From positions 1,088,001-1,152,000 of the forward strand of contig CAWCNY010000002.1 in the NCBI GenBank assembly GCA_963797095.1: a DNA stretch of 64,000 nt, written 5' to 3'. The DNA comes from an uncultured Chloroflexia bacterium (GTDB taxonomy: Bacteria; Chloroflexota; Chloroflexia; QHBQ01; JADMIH01). The notes beneath the pieces are model-generated. The model had not been told where the DNA came from and did not search any database. It saw only the letters and a list, made by a program, of their open reading frames with translations. Made by a program: the position numbers and the translations under genes. Below are positions 8,593 to 17,253 of this stretch, in pieces (positions within the stretch are counted from its first letter, which is position 1; the number at the start of each line of letters is the position of its first letter).

Positions 8593-9351
8593 ATGGGGGA
8601 ATTGGTACGCATTGGCCTGGTTGGTGAATACAACGCGAACGTGAAGGCGCATAAAGCTTTGCCAATCGCGCTTGCTATGGCAGCCGAGCAGGTTGGCTGC
8701 GACGTAGAGACCGTGTGGCTTACCACTCCTCAACTTGCCGAAGACCTTGACCATGCCAGGCGGCTCGACGGTATCTGGGTAACGCCGAACAGCCCTTACG
8801 CAAGCCTGGAGGGCGCTCTCGGCGTGATCAGGATGGCGCGAGAAGAGCACAAACCCTTCATGGGCACATGCGGCGGCTTCCAGCACGTCCTCATAGAGTA
8901 CGCACGCGATGTGCTTGGCATCCTCGATGCGGAACATGCCGAATCGAACCCCGATGCTTCGGTGCTTTTCGTCACCCCATTAGTGTGCGCCTTGCGCGAC
9001 GTCAAAGGCCCGATCTATCTCAGGCCAGGGTCTAGGATCAGCCGCATCTACGGTGTTGAGGAGACATTAGAAGAGTATAATTGCGGGTTCGGCCTCAACC
9101 CCACCTATCGAGCGATGATCGAAGAGAGCGCGGCCGAGATCACAGGCCGGGACATCGAGGGAGATGCGCGAGTGCTCGAATTGTCCGCCGAGCGCCACCC
9201 CTTCTTCATAGCAACCCTCTACCAGCCTGAACGGTCGGCGCTGGCTGGCGAGCGCCACCCATTGATTACGGCCTACATGCAGGCCGTTATGCAGACAAAG
9301 AGCGCGGTGGCTCAGTTTAGCACTGCCGAGCGACTACCGGTAGGACGGTAA
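8593..9351 (+). CDS. Stand-alone CTP synthase C-terminal-like glutamine amidotransferase domain protein
   Basis: IGLVGEY, LDGIW, GTCGGFQH, HPFFIATLYQPER; AAGGAG RBS before ATG 8593. Confidence 0.85.
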   Translation: MGELVRIGLVGEYNANVKAHKALPIALAMAAEQVGCDVETVWLTTPQLAEDLDHARRLDGIWVTPNSPYASLEGALGVIRMAREEHKPFMGTCGGFQHVLIEYARDVLGILDAEHAESNPDASVLFVTPLVCALRDVKGPIYLRPGSRISRIYGVEETLEEYNCGFGLNPTYRAMIEESAAEITGRDIEGDARVLELSAERHPFFIATLYQPERSALAGERHPLITAYMQAVMQTKSAVAQFSTAERLPVGR

Positions 9352-9382
9352 GTAAATCTCACGGCGCGAAAGAGAGGTCATA

Positions 9383-10567
9383 ATGGCCGACATCACAGAC
9401 ACAAGCCGTCTCGACTACACAAGAGAGAGCACCAAGCCCAATGGTAAAGCCACAGCGGGAGGCGGACTGGTTGGCCGTGAGGATCCGTTGGCGAAGGTGC
9501 TGGAGTGGGATTGGGGCACGGCCTACGAGATGCTTTTCAGCCTCCATACTATCCTGCGGCCCAAAGAGCACGGCATCCCGGCCCCCTGGGCGGCGGGCGT
9601 GCGCAAGCGGCTCTCTCCCCAGTCACAGTCCGACCTCAAGCTCTTTTTCAGCATGCCCTTCGGCTACCTGGCTTATTCCCCTATGCATCTTATCCTGGGG
9701 ATGAACAAGCCCAAGAACGTCAAGCGGTTTCTCGACCTGGTGAGCGGCATACCGGATGACGAGTTCTCGAACAGGGTGCACTTGCCCATCGTGGGCGATG
9801 AAAGCCTTAAGCGCCTTATGGACAAGGCCGCCGAAGGCAAGCGAATGAGCGAGGTCGATGTGGAGGAATATCGCCGGATCGTCGCCATGTCGGCAGGGCG
9901 AAGTGCTCCCAGCGCGACCGAGATACGCAGGCTCTTCTCGGAGATGGGCGACTCGGCTGGCACCAAGCAGCGCTGGCTCTCTCTACTGCGCGAGTACCAG
10001 GCGGTCTATTTTGCCGAGGAAGAGAAGCGTGTGGGACCGGTGCTTGAGAAGATGGTGGCCGATGCCCAGAAACTGGCGAAGAAGACCACAGTGCCCGACC
10101 TGATAGAGCGGCTTTCCAACGGCTTCACCCTGAGCCAGGATTTCGATCTGCAAAGGCTGGTGCTCATCCCTTCCGTGTGGGCGCACCCCTTTGTGATCAG
10201 GTTCGAGCCTGCTGACAGAGAATACTTCGTGGCCTGGGGCGCGCACCCACCAGGCTACCGGCTGGTTCCCGGCGAGTCGGTGCCGGACGATGCGCTGCTG
10301 GTACTTCGCGCCCTGGGCGACCCGACGCGCCTGCGCCTGCTGCGCCTGTTGAGCGCCGAGCCGAGGTCGCCGCAATCGCTGGCAATCGAATTGAAGTTAA
10401 GCCTGCCCACCGTATCGCACCACATGCGCGAGCTGAGGATCGCGGGCCTGATCAGGATCGAGGTCGCGGGCAAGGGACGTGAGAGCAAGTACACCGTCAG
10501 GTGGCCCAGCGCCCGCCGAGCCTTTGAGCAACTGGAAGAGTTTGTCCTGCGTTCAGGGGAAGAGTGA
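9383..10567 (+). CDS. ArsR/SmtB family regulator with long N-terminal (DUF5937-like) domain
   Basis: C-terminal ALGDPTRLRLLRLL...SLPTVSHHMRELRIAGLI. Confidence 0.88.
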   Translation: MADITDTSRLDYTRESTKPNGKATAGGGLVGREDPLAKVLEWDWGTAYEMLFSLHTILRPKEHGIPAPWAAGVRKRLSPQSQSDLKLFFSMPFGYLAYSPMHLILGMNKPKNVKRFLDLVSGIPDDEFSNRVHLPIVGDESLKRLMDKAAEGKRMSEVDVEEYRRIVAMSAGRSAPSATEIRRLFSEMGDSAGTKQRWLSLLREYQAVYFAEEEKRVGPVLEKMVADAQKLAKKTTVPDLIERLSNGFTLSQDFDLQRLVLIPSVWAHPFVIRFEPADREYFVAWGAHPPGYRLVPGESVPDDALLVLRALGDPTRLRLLRLLSAEPRSPQSLAIELKLSLPTVSHHMRELRIAGLIRIEVAGKGRESKYTVRWPSARRAFEQLEEFVLRSGEE

Positions 10568-12486
10568 GGCGCGATAGCCCAGGTCAACAAGACACCGCGG
10601 AGACGCGCATCGCGTCTTTTCTCCGGTCCGTGACAACCCCCACTTCCATAAAGACCGCCCTCCTGGCGATTGCGCTTCTGTATCTGGTGGGCCTGGCTGT
10701 CATGCCTCCGGAGGGTCTGACCCACCACGACACCGGGGCCAAATACTTGCAGGTGCGCAACTTGCGCATCACCATGAGCGGCCTCGATTACTCGATCAAC
10801 TATCCGGCGCGCAACCTCGACCCTACTTTGCAATGGGTGCCGTTTCAGGAGAAGCAATACTACATAGACTACCGCGAGGGGCAGGATCACGGGCTTATCT
10901 ACTTACAGTGGCCTATCTTTCTCGGTCTGCTAACGCGCATACCCTGGAAAGTGCTGGGGTTCTGGGGCCTGTATGTTGTGCCTTTTCTGGGGGGCATAGG
11001 CGTTTGCTGGGCGACTTTCCGGCTGGCTCTGGCATTGGGCGTGCCCAGGCTCGTAGGGTGGGTAGCCGCGCCACTGGTGGGTCTCGCGACCCCTCTCGCG
11101 ATCTACTCCCTACTCTTTTTCGAGCACACCCTGGCGGCCATGTTGGTCGCTCTGAGCCTCCTTTTCGCGGCCAGGAGCGTGACCGGGGGCGGTCGCCACG
11201 CTATGGCTTTGAGCGCGGTAGCTCTGGCGGTTGCGGTCTATTTCCGGTCGGAGTTGTATGTGCTGGCGGCGGTAATGGGGCTTGTATACGCGCTGCTGGC
11301 TTTGCGCTGGCGCGACTGGCGGGCGTGCCTGCTGGTGTGGGTTGGGGCCTTTGCCCTGGCGCTGGTGCCTCTGTGGGCTTTCTACGCCATCACCGAAGGC
11401 ACTCTCTTGCCTCTGCACGCGACGTGGTACTTCGCCGGAAGCTCCGGCGTGGGAGAGGCCGCGCCTGGGCAATCGGGCGGGCTTGAGCTTCCGGCTTTGC
11501 GCTATATAGTGACGGCGGGCTGGCGGGTCGTCCCCGATTTCCTGTTTGGTCCGCAGACTTTTCCTTCGTCGCCCATCTTCCCGGTGTGGGTAGGCGTGCT
11601 GGGCGTAGGTGGCATGATCTTGTGTGCACTGGCGGCGTTTGGGCGAGGACTGGCCCGCAGGTGGGCCAGACTTGGAGATTGGTGGCAGGCATGGGCCTTT
11701 CTGATTGGTATGGCGTCTGTGTGTGTGGCCTCTCTAGCAGTGGCCCTCTTGCCTCAATCTTATCACAACCTGCATGGGTTCGTGCTGGCAAGCCCGTTCG
11801 TCGCTCTAGCTCTGTGGCCGCCTGATAAGATCGTCACTCAGGACGGAATAAGCGCGCACGGCTTGGTTTACGTGATAACCCTCGCGTACATCGTCCTGCA
11901 CGCGCTAATAATCAGCGCATTGAGCGGTCTGGGGCCGATCAGCCGGGCCGAATGGGGCCAGCGCTATTTGCTAGCGGCTTATCCTGGGTTGGTGGCGCTC
12001 GCTATGGCGGCGGCAGTGCGGTTGTGGAATACGGAGCTTGGGAAGCTCGCTGCGAACGCGGAAACCCGCAGGCGCTTCAAGATAGCGTTCGCAACCGTGA
12101 CACTGGCGCTCGTGGGGGTGGGATTGGCCTTCACCATAAGAGGCTATGGCGTGCTCTATTACGAGAAGACGCAGGTGAAGGCGTGGCAGGACCTGGCAAG
12201 CGCGCTGCCCGACCGTGAGCCGCTGGTAACGGACGATTGGTGGCTTCCGCTCAACCTGGCGGCGGTCTTCTATTCGCGGCCTATTATGCTGGCAAGCGAC
12301 GACCGGTTGGCGCAGTGGGCAGGCGGCATGCAGCAGCGCGGAGTGGCTGAATTCGCCTTGATGAGCGACCGGCCCTCGGTATTCGAGGGAGCATGGCGTA
12401 GCAGCGTGCCGAGCTTGGAGCCTGTGAATGGGTTGGTGGAGGTGCGTGGGATCTGGTTGCAGAGGTTCCGGTTCACCGGGCCATAG
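10564..12486 (+). CDS. Polytopic membrane protein, putative GT-C fold glycosyltransferase
   Basis: Many TM helices; D.G.KYLQ loop after the first TM, FFEH and WGQRYLL motifs. Confidence 0.6.
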   Translation: MRRDSPGQQDTAETRIASFLRSVTTPTSIKTALLAIALLYLVGLAVMPPEGLTHHDTGAKYLQVRNLRITMSGLDYSINYPARNLDPTLQWVPFQEKQYYIDYREGQDHGLIYLQWPIFLGLLTRIPWKVLGFWGLYVVPFLGGIGVCWATFRLALALGVPRLVGWVAAPLVGLATPLAIYSLLFFEHTLAAMLVALSLLFAARSVTGGGRHAMALSAVALAVAVYFRSELYVLAAVMGLVYALLALRWRDWRACLLVWVGAFALALVPLWAFYAITEGTLLPLHATWYFAGSSGVGEAAPGQSGGLELPALRYIVTAGWRVVPDFLFGPQTFPSSPIFPVWVGVLGVGGMILCALAAFGRGLARRWARLGDWWQAWAFLIGMASVCVASLAVALLPQSYHNLHGFVLASPFVALALWPPDKIVTQDGISAHGLVYVITLAYIVLHALIISALSGLGPISRAEWGQRYLLAAYPGLVALAMAAAVRLWNTELGKLAANAETRRRFKIAFATVTLALVGVGLAFTIRGYGVLYYEKTQVKAWQDLASALPDREPLVTDDWWLPLNLAAVFYSRPIMLASDDRLAQWAGGMQQRGVAEFALMSDRPSVFEGAWRSSVPSLEPVNGLVEVRGIWLQRFRFTGP

Positions 12487-12494
12487 CTACGTCG

Positions 12495-13142
12495 TCAACC
12501 GATAAGCTCCAGCGTCTTCTGGAGGATAGTAGCCGCCACCACGCCTATCGGAAGCCTGCCATCTATTGTAATGATGCGCTCGCCCGCTTTGCGTGCTTCC
12601 TCGATCAGTTGCAGGTAGTTGGCGTACACAGTGTTCAGGCGCTCCTCGGTCTCATACAATTCCACGTAGTTCCCACGCGACGCTATGCGCTGGCGGCATA
12701 TCTCAGGTGTCACGTCGATGAAGAATGTTACATCGGGAGCCACGGACCTCTGGTTGATGGCGCGCACCCAATCCTGGCCCAAAGTGGCCCCCTGGTACGC
12801 GTAAGACGAGAGGCGATAGCGGTCGCAAATCACGTGGGTGCCTGCTTCCAACCTGGGGAGTATATCGGCGTTGAGGTGGTCGAGACGGTCGGCGGCGAAC
12901 AGGAGGGCTACCACATCATCGCTCAATGGTTGGCTTGGAGGGTAGACCAGTCGGTGGGTAAGTACCTGCCGGATAAGCGAGCCAATAGGCCCGGAGGTCG
13001 GCTCTTTGGTGGCGTTAGAGCGGATATCGCGCTGGGTGAGGCCGGAATGGAGCAGGCCGGTTTGCGTGCTGATACCCGCACCGTCCGGCCCTTCCAGCAC
13101 AATGAAAAGCCCTCTTTTCCGGCTCGAACCGCTATCCGCCAT
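12495..13142 (-). CDS. tmk: Thymidylate kinase
   Basis: FIVLEGPDGAG.STQ P-loop, EP, LLFAADR, ICDRY..SS.AYQG; GGAGG RBS. Confidence 0.9.
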   Translation of the reverse strand: MADSGSSRKRGLFIVLEGPDGAGISTQTGLLHSGLTQRDIRSNATKEPTSGPIGSLIRQVLTHRLVYPPSQPLSDDVVALLFAADRLDHLNADILPRLEAGTHVICDRYRLSSYAYQGATLGQDWVRAINQRSVAPDVTFFIDVTPEICRQRIASRGNYVELYETEERLNTVYANYLQLIEEARKAGERIITIDGRLPIGVVAATILQKTLELIG

Positions 13143-13250
13143 GTGTAAACCTCCTCCTTCAGGTGCTGAAATTATAACATAAGGGTCTGGCGGGAGGTGC
13201 GTTAGGTTGCCCACCCCCCGTAAAGGCTTTATACTTTGATCAGGGTTTGT

Positions 13251-14021
13251 ATGGTGAGAGGAAGAGGAGTGCGCCGCCGAAACATACTCGGAGTGTGGAT
13301 AGACGACTGTGACGGAGAGCGGGCCGCCCGTGCGGTCGCCGCTTTCCTGCGCGAACAGCCAGCACACCTACACCACGTATGCACCGTGAATCCTGAGTTT
13401 GTGATGGAGGCGCGGGCCAACCCCACCTTCAAGAGCGTGCTCAGCAGCGCGGACCTCTGCACACCTGATGGGGTCGGCATCATCCTGGCGGGCAAGCTCC
13501 TTCGCAGGCCGTTCAGGGGACGCGCTACCGGAGTTGGCCTGGTCCATCATGTGGCGGCACTATCGGCGCGGGAAGGTTACACGCTGTACCTGTTGGGCGC
13601 TGGCCCCAATGTCGCTGAAGAAGCGGCTGCCGCCATCCAGGCGAAGCACCCAGGTGCGAGGGTAGCAGGCACGTTCGCAGGCTCGCCAGGCGACGGTGAT
13701 TGGCCTGCCATCAGGGAGAGGTTGTGGGCCACCCGGCCCGATGTGCTCCTTGTAGCCTATGGCGCGCCGAAGCAGGACCTGTGGATTGCCGAGCACAGGC
13801 ACGACCTGCCGGACAGCATAAAGTTGGCGATGGGTGTCGGCGGTGTGTTCGACTACCTTTCGGGGCGGGTCAAGCTCGCCCCGTGGTGGATGAGGCGCGT
13901 GGGGCTGGAGTGGCTCTTCAGGCTGGTGATGCAGCCCTGGCGCTGGCGGCGTATTTTGCGCGTGTTTGAGTTCGCGCTATTGGTTTTATGGACAAGACTC
14001 AGTAGAATATGGAGCGCATAG
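13251..14021 (+). CDS. WecB/TagA/CpsF family glycosyltransferase
   Basis: TVNPE, PDGVG, GAPKQD.W, GVGGVFD, GLEWLFRL motifs. Confidence 0.92.
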   Translation: MVRGRGVRRRNILGVWIDDCDGERAARAVAAFLREQPAHLHHVCTVNPEFVMEARANPTFKSVLSSADLCTPDGVGIILAGKLLRRPFRGRATGVGLVHHVAALSAREGYTLYLLGAGPNVAEEAAAAIQAKHPGARVAGTFAGSPGDGDWPAIRERLWATRPDVLLVAYGAPKQDLWIAEHRHDLPDSIKLAMGVGGVFDYLSGRVKLAPWWMRRVGLEWLFRLVMQPWRWRRILRVFEFALLVLWTRLSRIWSA

Positions 14022-14073
14022 TATCGGCTAACGAAAGCGTATCAGGTAGCGAACCACTAGCAACGGAAAAAAT

Positions 14074-14649
14074 ATGGCAGCGACAGATTTCAGCAATTAC
14101 GACCCCGAAGTACCTATGTACTGCGCGAACCACCCTGACGTGCAGACCTATCTGCGATGCGGCAAATGCGGCAAGCCGATCTGCGCCCGGTGCCGCGTCA
14201 GTACGCCTGTGGGCTTCCGGTGCTACCAGTGCGCCAACCTACAGGTGTTGCCAACCTACGCGGTAAGCACCGACTACTATGTCAAAAGCTCCATAGCGGG
14301 TTTGCTAGCGGCGGCTATCACGGGCGTGCTCATGGGTGTCTTCCCGGCGTTCGAGTTCTGGTTCGCGCTGGCGATGGGGATTGGGGTGCCGGAGGTGGTG
14401 GCGGCGGCGGCAAACCAGAAGCGCGGGCCTGGCTTGCGGGCGGTCGCGATCTTTTCTATCGCCTTCGGGTTCATTTTGAGTAGAGTGGTGTTGCGCTGGC
14501 AATGGTGGGCGTACCTACCGCTTGGTGGAGTAAATATCCCGCTACATGGAGGCATCTCGTTCCTCGAAGATATCCCGTTCTTCATCAACCAGTACACCAT
14601 ATTGTGGTCTCTGATGGCTATACTCCTGGCTTACCAGCGACTAAAGTAA
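14074..14649 (+). CDS. B-box zinc-finger membrane protein
   Basis: C..HP....LRC..C.KPIC..C....PVG.RC..C followed by TM helices. Confidence 0.8.
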   Translation: MAATDFSNYDPEVPMYCANHPDVQTYLRCGKCGKPICARCRVSTPVGFRCYQCANLQVLPTYAVSTDYYVKSSIAGLLAAAITGVLMGVFPAFEFWFALAMGIGVPEVVAAAANQKRGPGLRAVAIFSIAFGFILSRVVLRWQWWAYLPLGGVNIPLHGGISFLEDIPFFINQYTILWSLMAILLAYQRLK

Positions 14650-14715
14650 GCCTTACCTGGAGAGATAGCGCCGGTGGCAACAGCGAACGATGTCAGTTGT
14701 GTGCTGCGCTACTAA

Positions 14716-15741
14716 ATGATGACAACATTGAGGCATGGAACAAGCATAGCGGCTCGCCGGTTGCTGGAAAGCGTGATCGAGCGTTTTGACGGCGTGCGCG
14801 TGCTGGTGGTGGGGGACCTGATCCTCGATAAATACACTGTCGGCAAGCCCACGCGCCTATCGCGGGAAGCGCCAATTCCCGTTCTCGAGTACCTGAGCGA
14901 GTATGCAGTGCCTGGGGGTGGCACCAACCCGGCCTGCACCGTGGCATCCCTGGGCGGAAAGGCTCACCTGGCAGGCGTGATCGGCAATGATGATGCGGGG
15001 GTGGAACTGAGGCGCGAGCTTGAGCAATACGGGGTGGATACCGAAGGGATCGTGGTAGATGCGTCGCGGCCTACTATTGCCAAGCGGCGGATCGTGGCGC
15101 GGGTCACCACCACCATGCTCCAGCAGGTAGCGCGGGTGGATCAGATCGACCGCAAGCCGGTCGATGGCGAGGTGGAGCGCGACCTGATCTCATCCATCGA
15201 AAAGCTGCTGCCGGAGTGCGACGCCGTGCTTCTCAGCAATTACAAGAGTGGCACGCTCACTCCGGGTGTGGTTGAGCGCGCCGGGAGCCTGGCAGCGCAA
15301 CTCGGCAAGCTCTCGACCGTTGACTCCCAGGGTGACCTGCAATACTTCAAGGGTTTCGGGATAGTCAAATGCAACCAGCCTGAGGCGGAAGAGGCTTTGC
15401 GCAGGCCGCTCAAGAGTGAAGAGGACTTTCGGCAGGGGATGATCGAATTGCTTGAGCAGCTGGATGCGCGGGCCGTAATCGTCACGCGGAGCGCCGAAGG
15501 GATGTCGGTCGTATCACGCGACGGTGGTTACTGCCATATCCCCGTCACGAATACCTCCGAGGTATTCGACGTGACCGGTGCGGGTGATACAGTGATCGCG
15601 CTGGTCACGCTGGCTGTAGCCGCCGGTGCTGACCTTTTCGACGCCGCTCGGCTCGCCAACTACGGCGCGGGGGTAGTGGTCCGCAAGTGGGGCAACGCGG
15701 TTTTGAAGCCGGACGAGTTGCGGGCGGCTTTGCACGAGTGA
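14716..15741 (+). CDS. PfkB-family kinase, RfaE/HldE domain I (heptose-7-phosphate kinase-like)
   Basis: VLVVGDLILDKY..G..RLSREAP.PV, VFDVTGAGDTV, AN...GVVV.K.G. Confidence 0.88.
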   Translation: MMTTLRHGTSIAARRLLESVIERFDGVRVLVVGDLILDKYTVGKPTRLSREAPIPVLEYLSEYAVPGGGTNPACTVASLGGKAHLAGVIGNDDAGVELRRELEQYGVDTEGIVVDASRPTIAKRRIVARVTTTMLQQVARVDQIDRKPVDGEVERDLISSIEKLLPECDAVLLSNYKSGTLTPGVVERAGSLAAQLGKLSTVDSQGDLQYFKGFGIVKCNQPEAEEALRRPLKSEEDFRQGMIELLEQLDARAVIVTRSAEGMSVVSRDGGYCHIPVTNTSEVFDVTGAGDTVIALVTLAVAAGADLFDAARLANYGAGVVVRKWGNAVLKPDELRAALHE

Positions 15742-15797
15742 GACCCATTAATTCACCACATAGGGGTAGAGAGTGCGAAGGTTCGCAGAGAGCATCT

Positions 15798-17036
15798 ATG
15801 GGTTTTGATGGAGCTAGCCGCGTCGTGCGTGGGGCAAGCACTCCGCAAGCAAAACGCCCGCATACTTATCTACAGGGAGTTCTTCTCATTGCGCTCCTAT
15901 CCACTGTCGCTATTTTGCTGGCGGGATGCTCTGCGTCGGGTGCGTCCCTGTCAAATGTGACCGCTTCTGCTGACAAGATCGTGCCTGGGTCGGTGGGCAT
16001 CGGGAAGCCTCCCGGCGTGGTGCAGGTGAGCTACAGGCTGGGGAGCGATGCCTATGTTACCGCCACTCTTGAGGGGCCTCAAAGTGCTGTGCTCTTGCAG
16101 CGCGGTCAAAAGGCCGGCGATCACATTTTGCGTTTCAACGGCACCACAGCCACAAGCGACGACCAGGGCGAGTACCGTGTGGTGCGGTCCGTGGTGCCTC
16201 CTGGCGCTTACAGCATTACGATCGCAGCGGGCGCGGCCAGCGAGACCGTGCGCTTCTCTGTGGAGGCGGTAAATTCAGCCGTCCCCACTCTGGCGAACAT
16301 GACCCTCTATCCGCAGACGATCTCTCCCAACCAGGACGCCATAGAGGACGTGGCCGAGTTGACATTTCGGACTGATATGACCACCACCCTCTCCGCGAGC
16401 CTGGACAATGCACAGGGAGATAGCGCATTGGTACTTCCACCCACCAAAAAGGGGCCGGGGGAGCAGCGCGTGGTAATCGACGGCATGGACAGCGTGGGCG
16501 ATCCGCTGCCCGATGGGGTATACACTGCCACCATTCGCGCCGAGGACAATCTGGGGAACAGGATAGAGGCTAACAAACCCCTCACCATCGAGGCTGGGGG
16601 CGCGCCATCCATCGAGGTGGTGAGCGTGGACATCACGCCCCAGCAAATAATCGTGGGTGGCGAGATCAGCGTCACGATCAGGGTGAAGAACACGGGCAAC
16701 GTGCCTCTCAGGACGCAGGGGCCGGACCCCGGCTATGTGTACACCACAAACGATAGCTATTCCTCTATCGAGTATGGTAAGTGGATCGACAGGGCGGGGC
16801 TGTGGCGCGTGGGCGTCGACTGGGACGGCAACAGTGGCGGAGGTGCACCCTATCGCTATCCTTTTCGGTGGGGATTCGGGCAGACCCTCCAACCCGGCCA
16901 GGAAGCGATCACCGGCGGCAAGATACGCATCCTGAAGCAGGAGCGCACCATGTGGTTCTACGCAGGTGTGCTACAAGAAGGAGTGCGGATCGTGCTCGAC
17001 CACCTGGCGCGCACGCGTATCGGCGTCGATTTCTAA
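15798..17036 (+). CDS. Lipoprotein with FlgD-like Ig domains
   Basis: LLAGC lipobox; ISPNQD..D and DG.D..G..LPDG.Y motifs. Confidence 0.7.
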   Translation: MGFDGASRVVRGASTPQAKRPHTYLQGVLLIALLSTVAILLAGCSASGASLSNVTASADKIVPGSVGIGKPPGVVQVSYRLGSDAYVTATLEGPQSAVLLQRGQKAGDHILRFNGTTATSDDQGEYRVVRSVVPPGAYSITIAAGAASETVRFSVEAVNSAVPTLANMTLYPQTISPNQDAIEDVAELTFRTDMTTTLSASLDNAQGDSALVLPPTKKGPGEQRVVIDGMDSVGDPLPDGVYTATIRAEDNLGNRIEANKPLTIEAGGAPSIEVVSVDITPQQIIVGGEISVTIRVKNTGNVPLRTQGPDPGYVYTTNDSYSSIEYGKWIDRAGLWRVGVDWDGNSGGGAPYRYPFRWGFGQTLQPGQEAITGGKIRILKQERTMWFYAGVLQEGVRIVLDHLARTRIGVDF

Positions 17037-17253
17037 TTCCAGGGCAGTCCTCCCACAATTTAATCCCGTAACTCAAGATGTACCTCACCGCAGTGATCTG
17101 GTATGATGGGGACCATGAAGGTGGCCATGAAGGTGGCGCGCTTTGTGCCCTATCCTTGCAGCGTATTTCCCTGGAGACCTCTCTTGTGAGCGGATGGTGG
17201 CTTATGTCTATCGCCGGTCCCGTAATCTCGACCCCGGCGGAAAGGAAAGTGTC

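Noticed and set aside
12495-13367. 290-aa long form of tmk; likewise long starts at 15687, 17143, 32447 and 39780
   Set aside because: They overlap neighbours or lack an RBS; downstream starts have clear RBS or domain boundaries.
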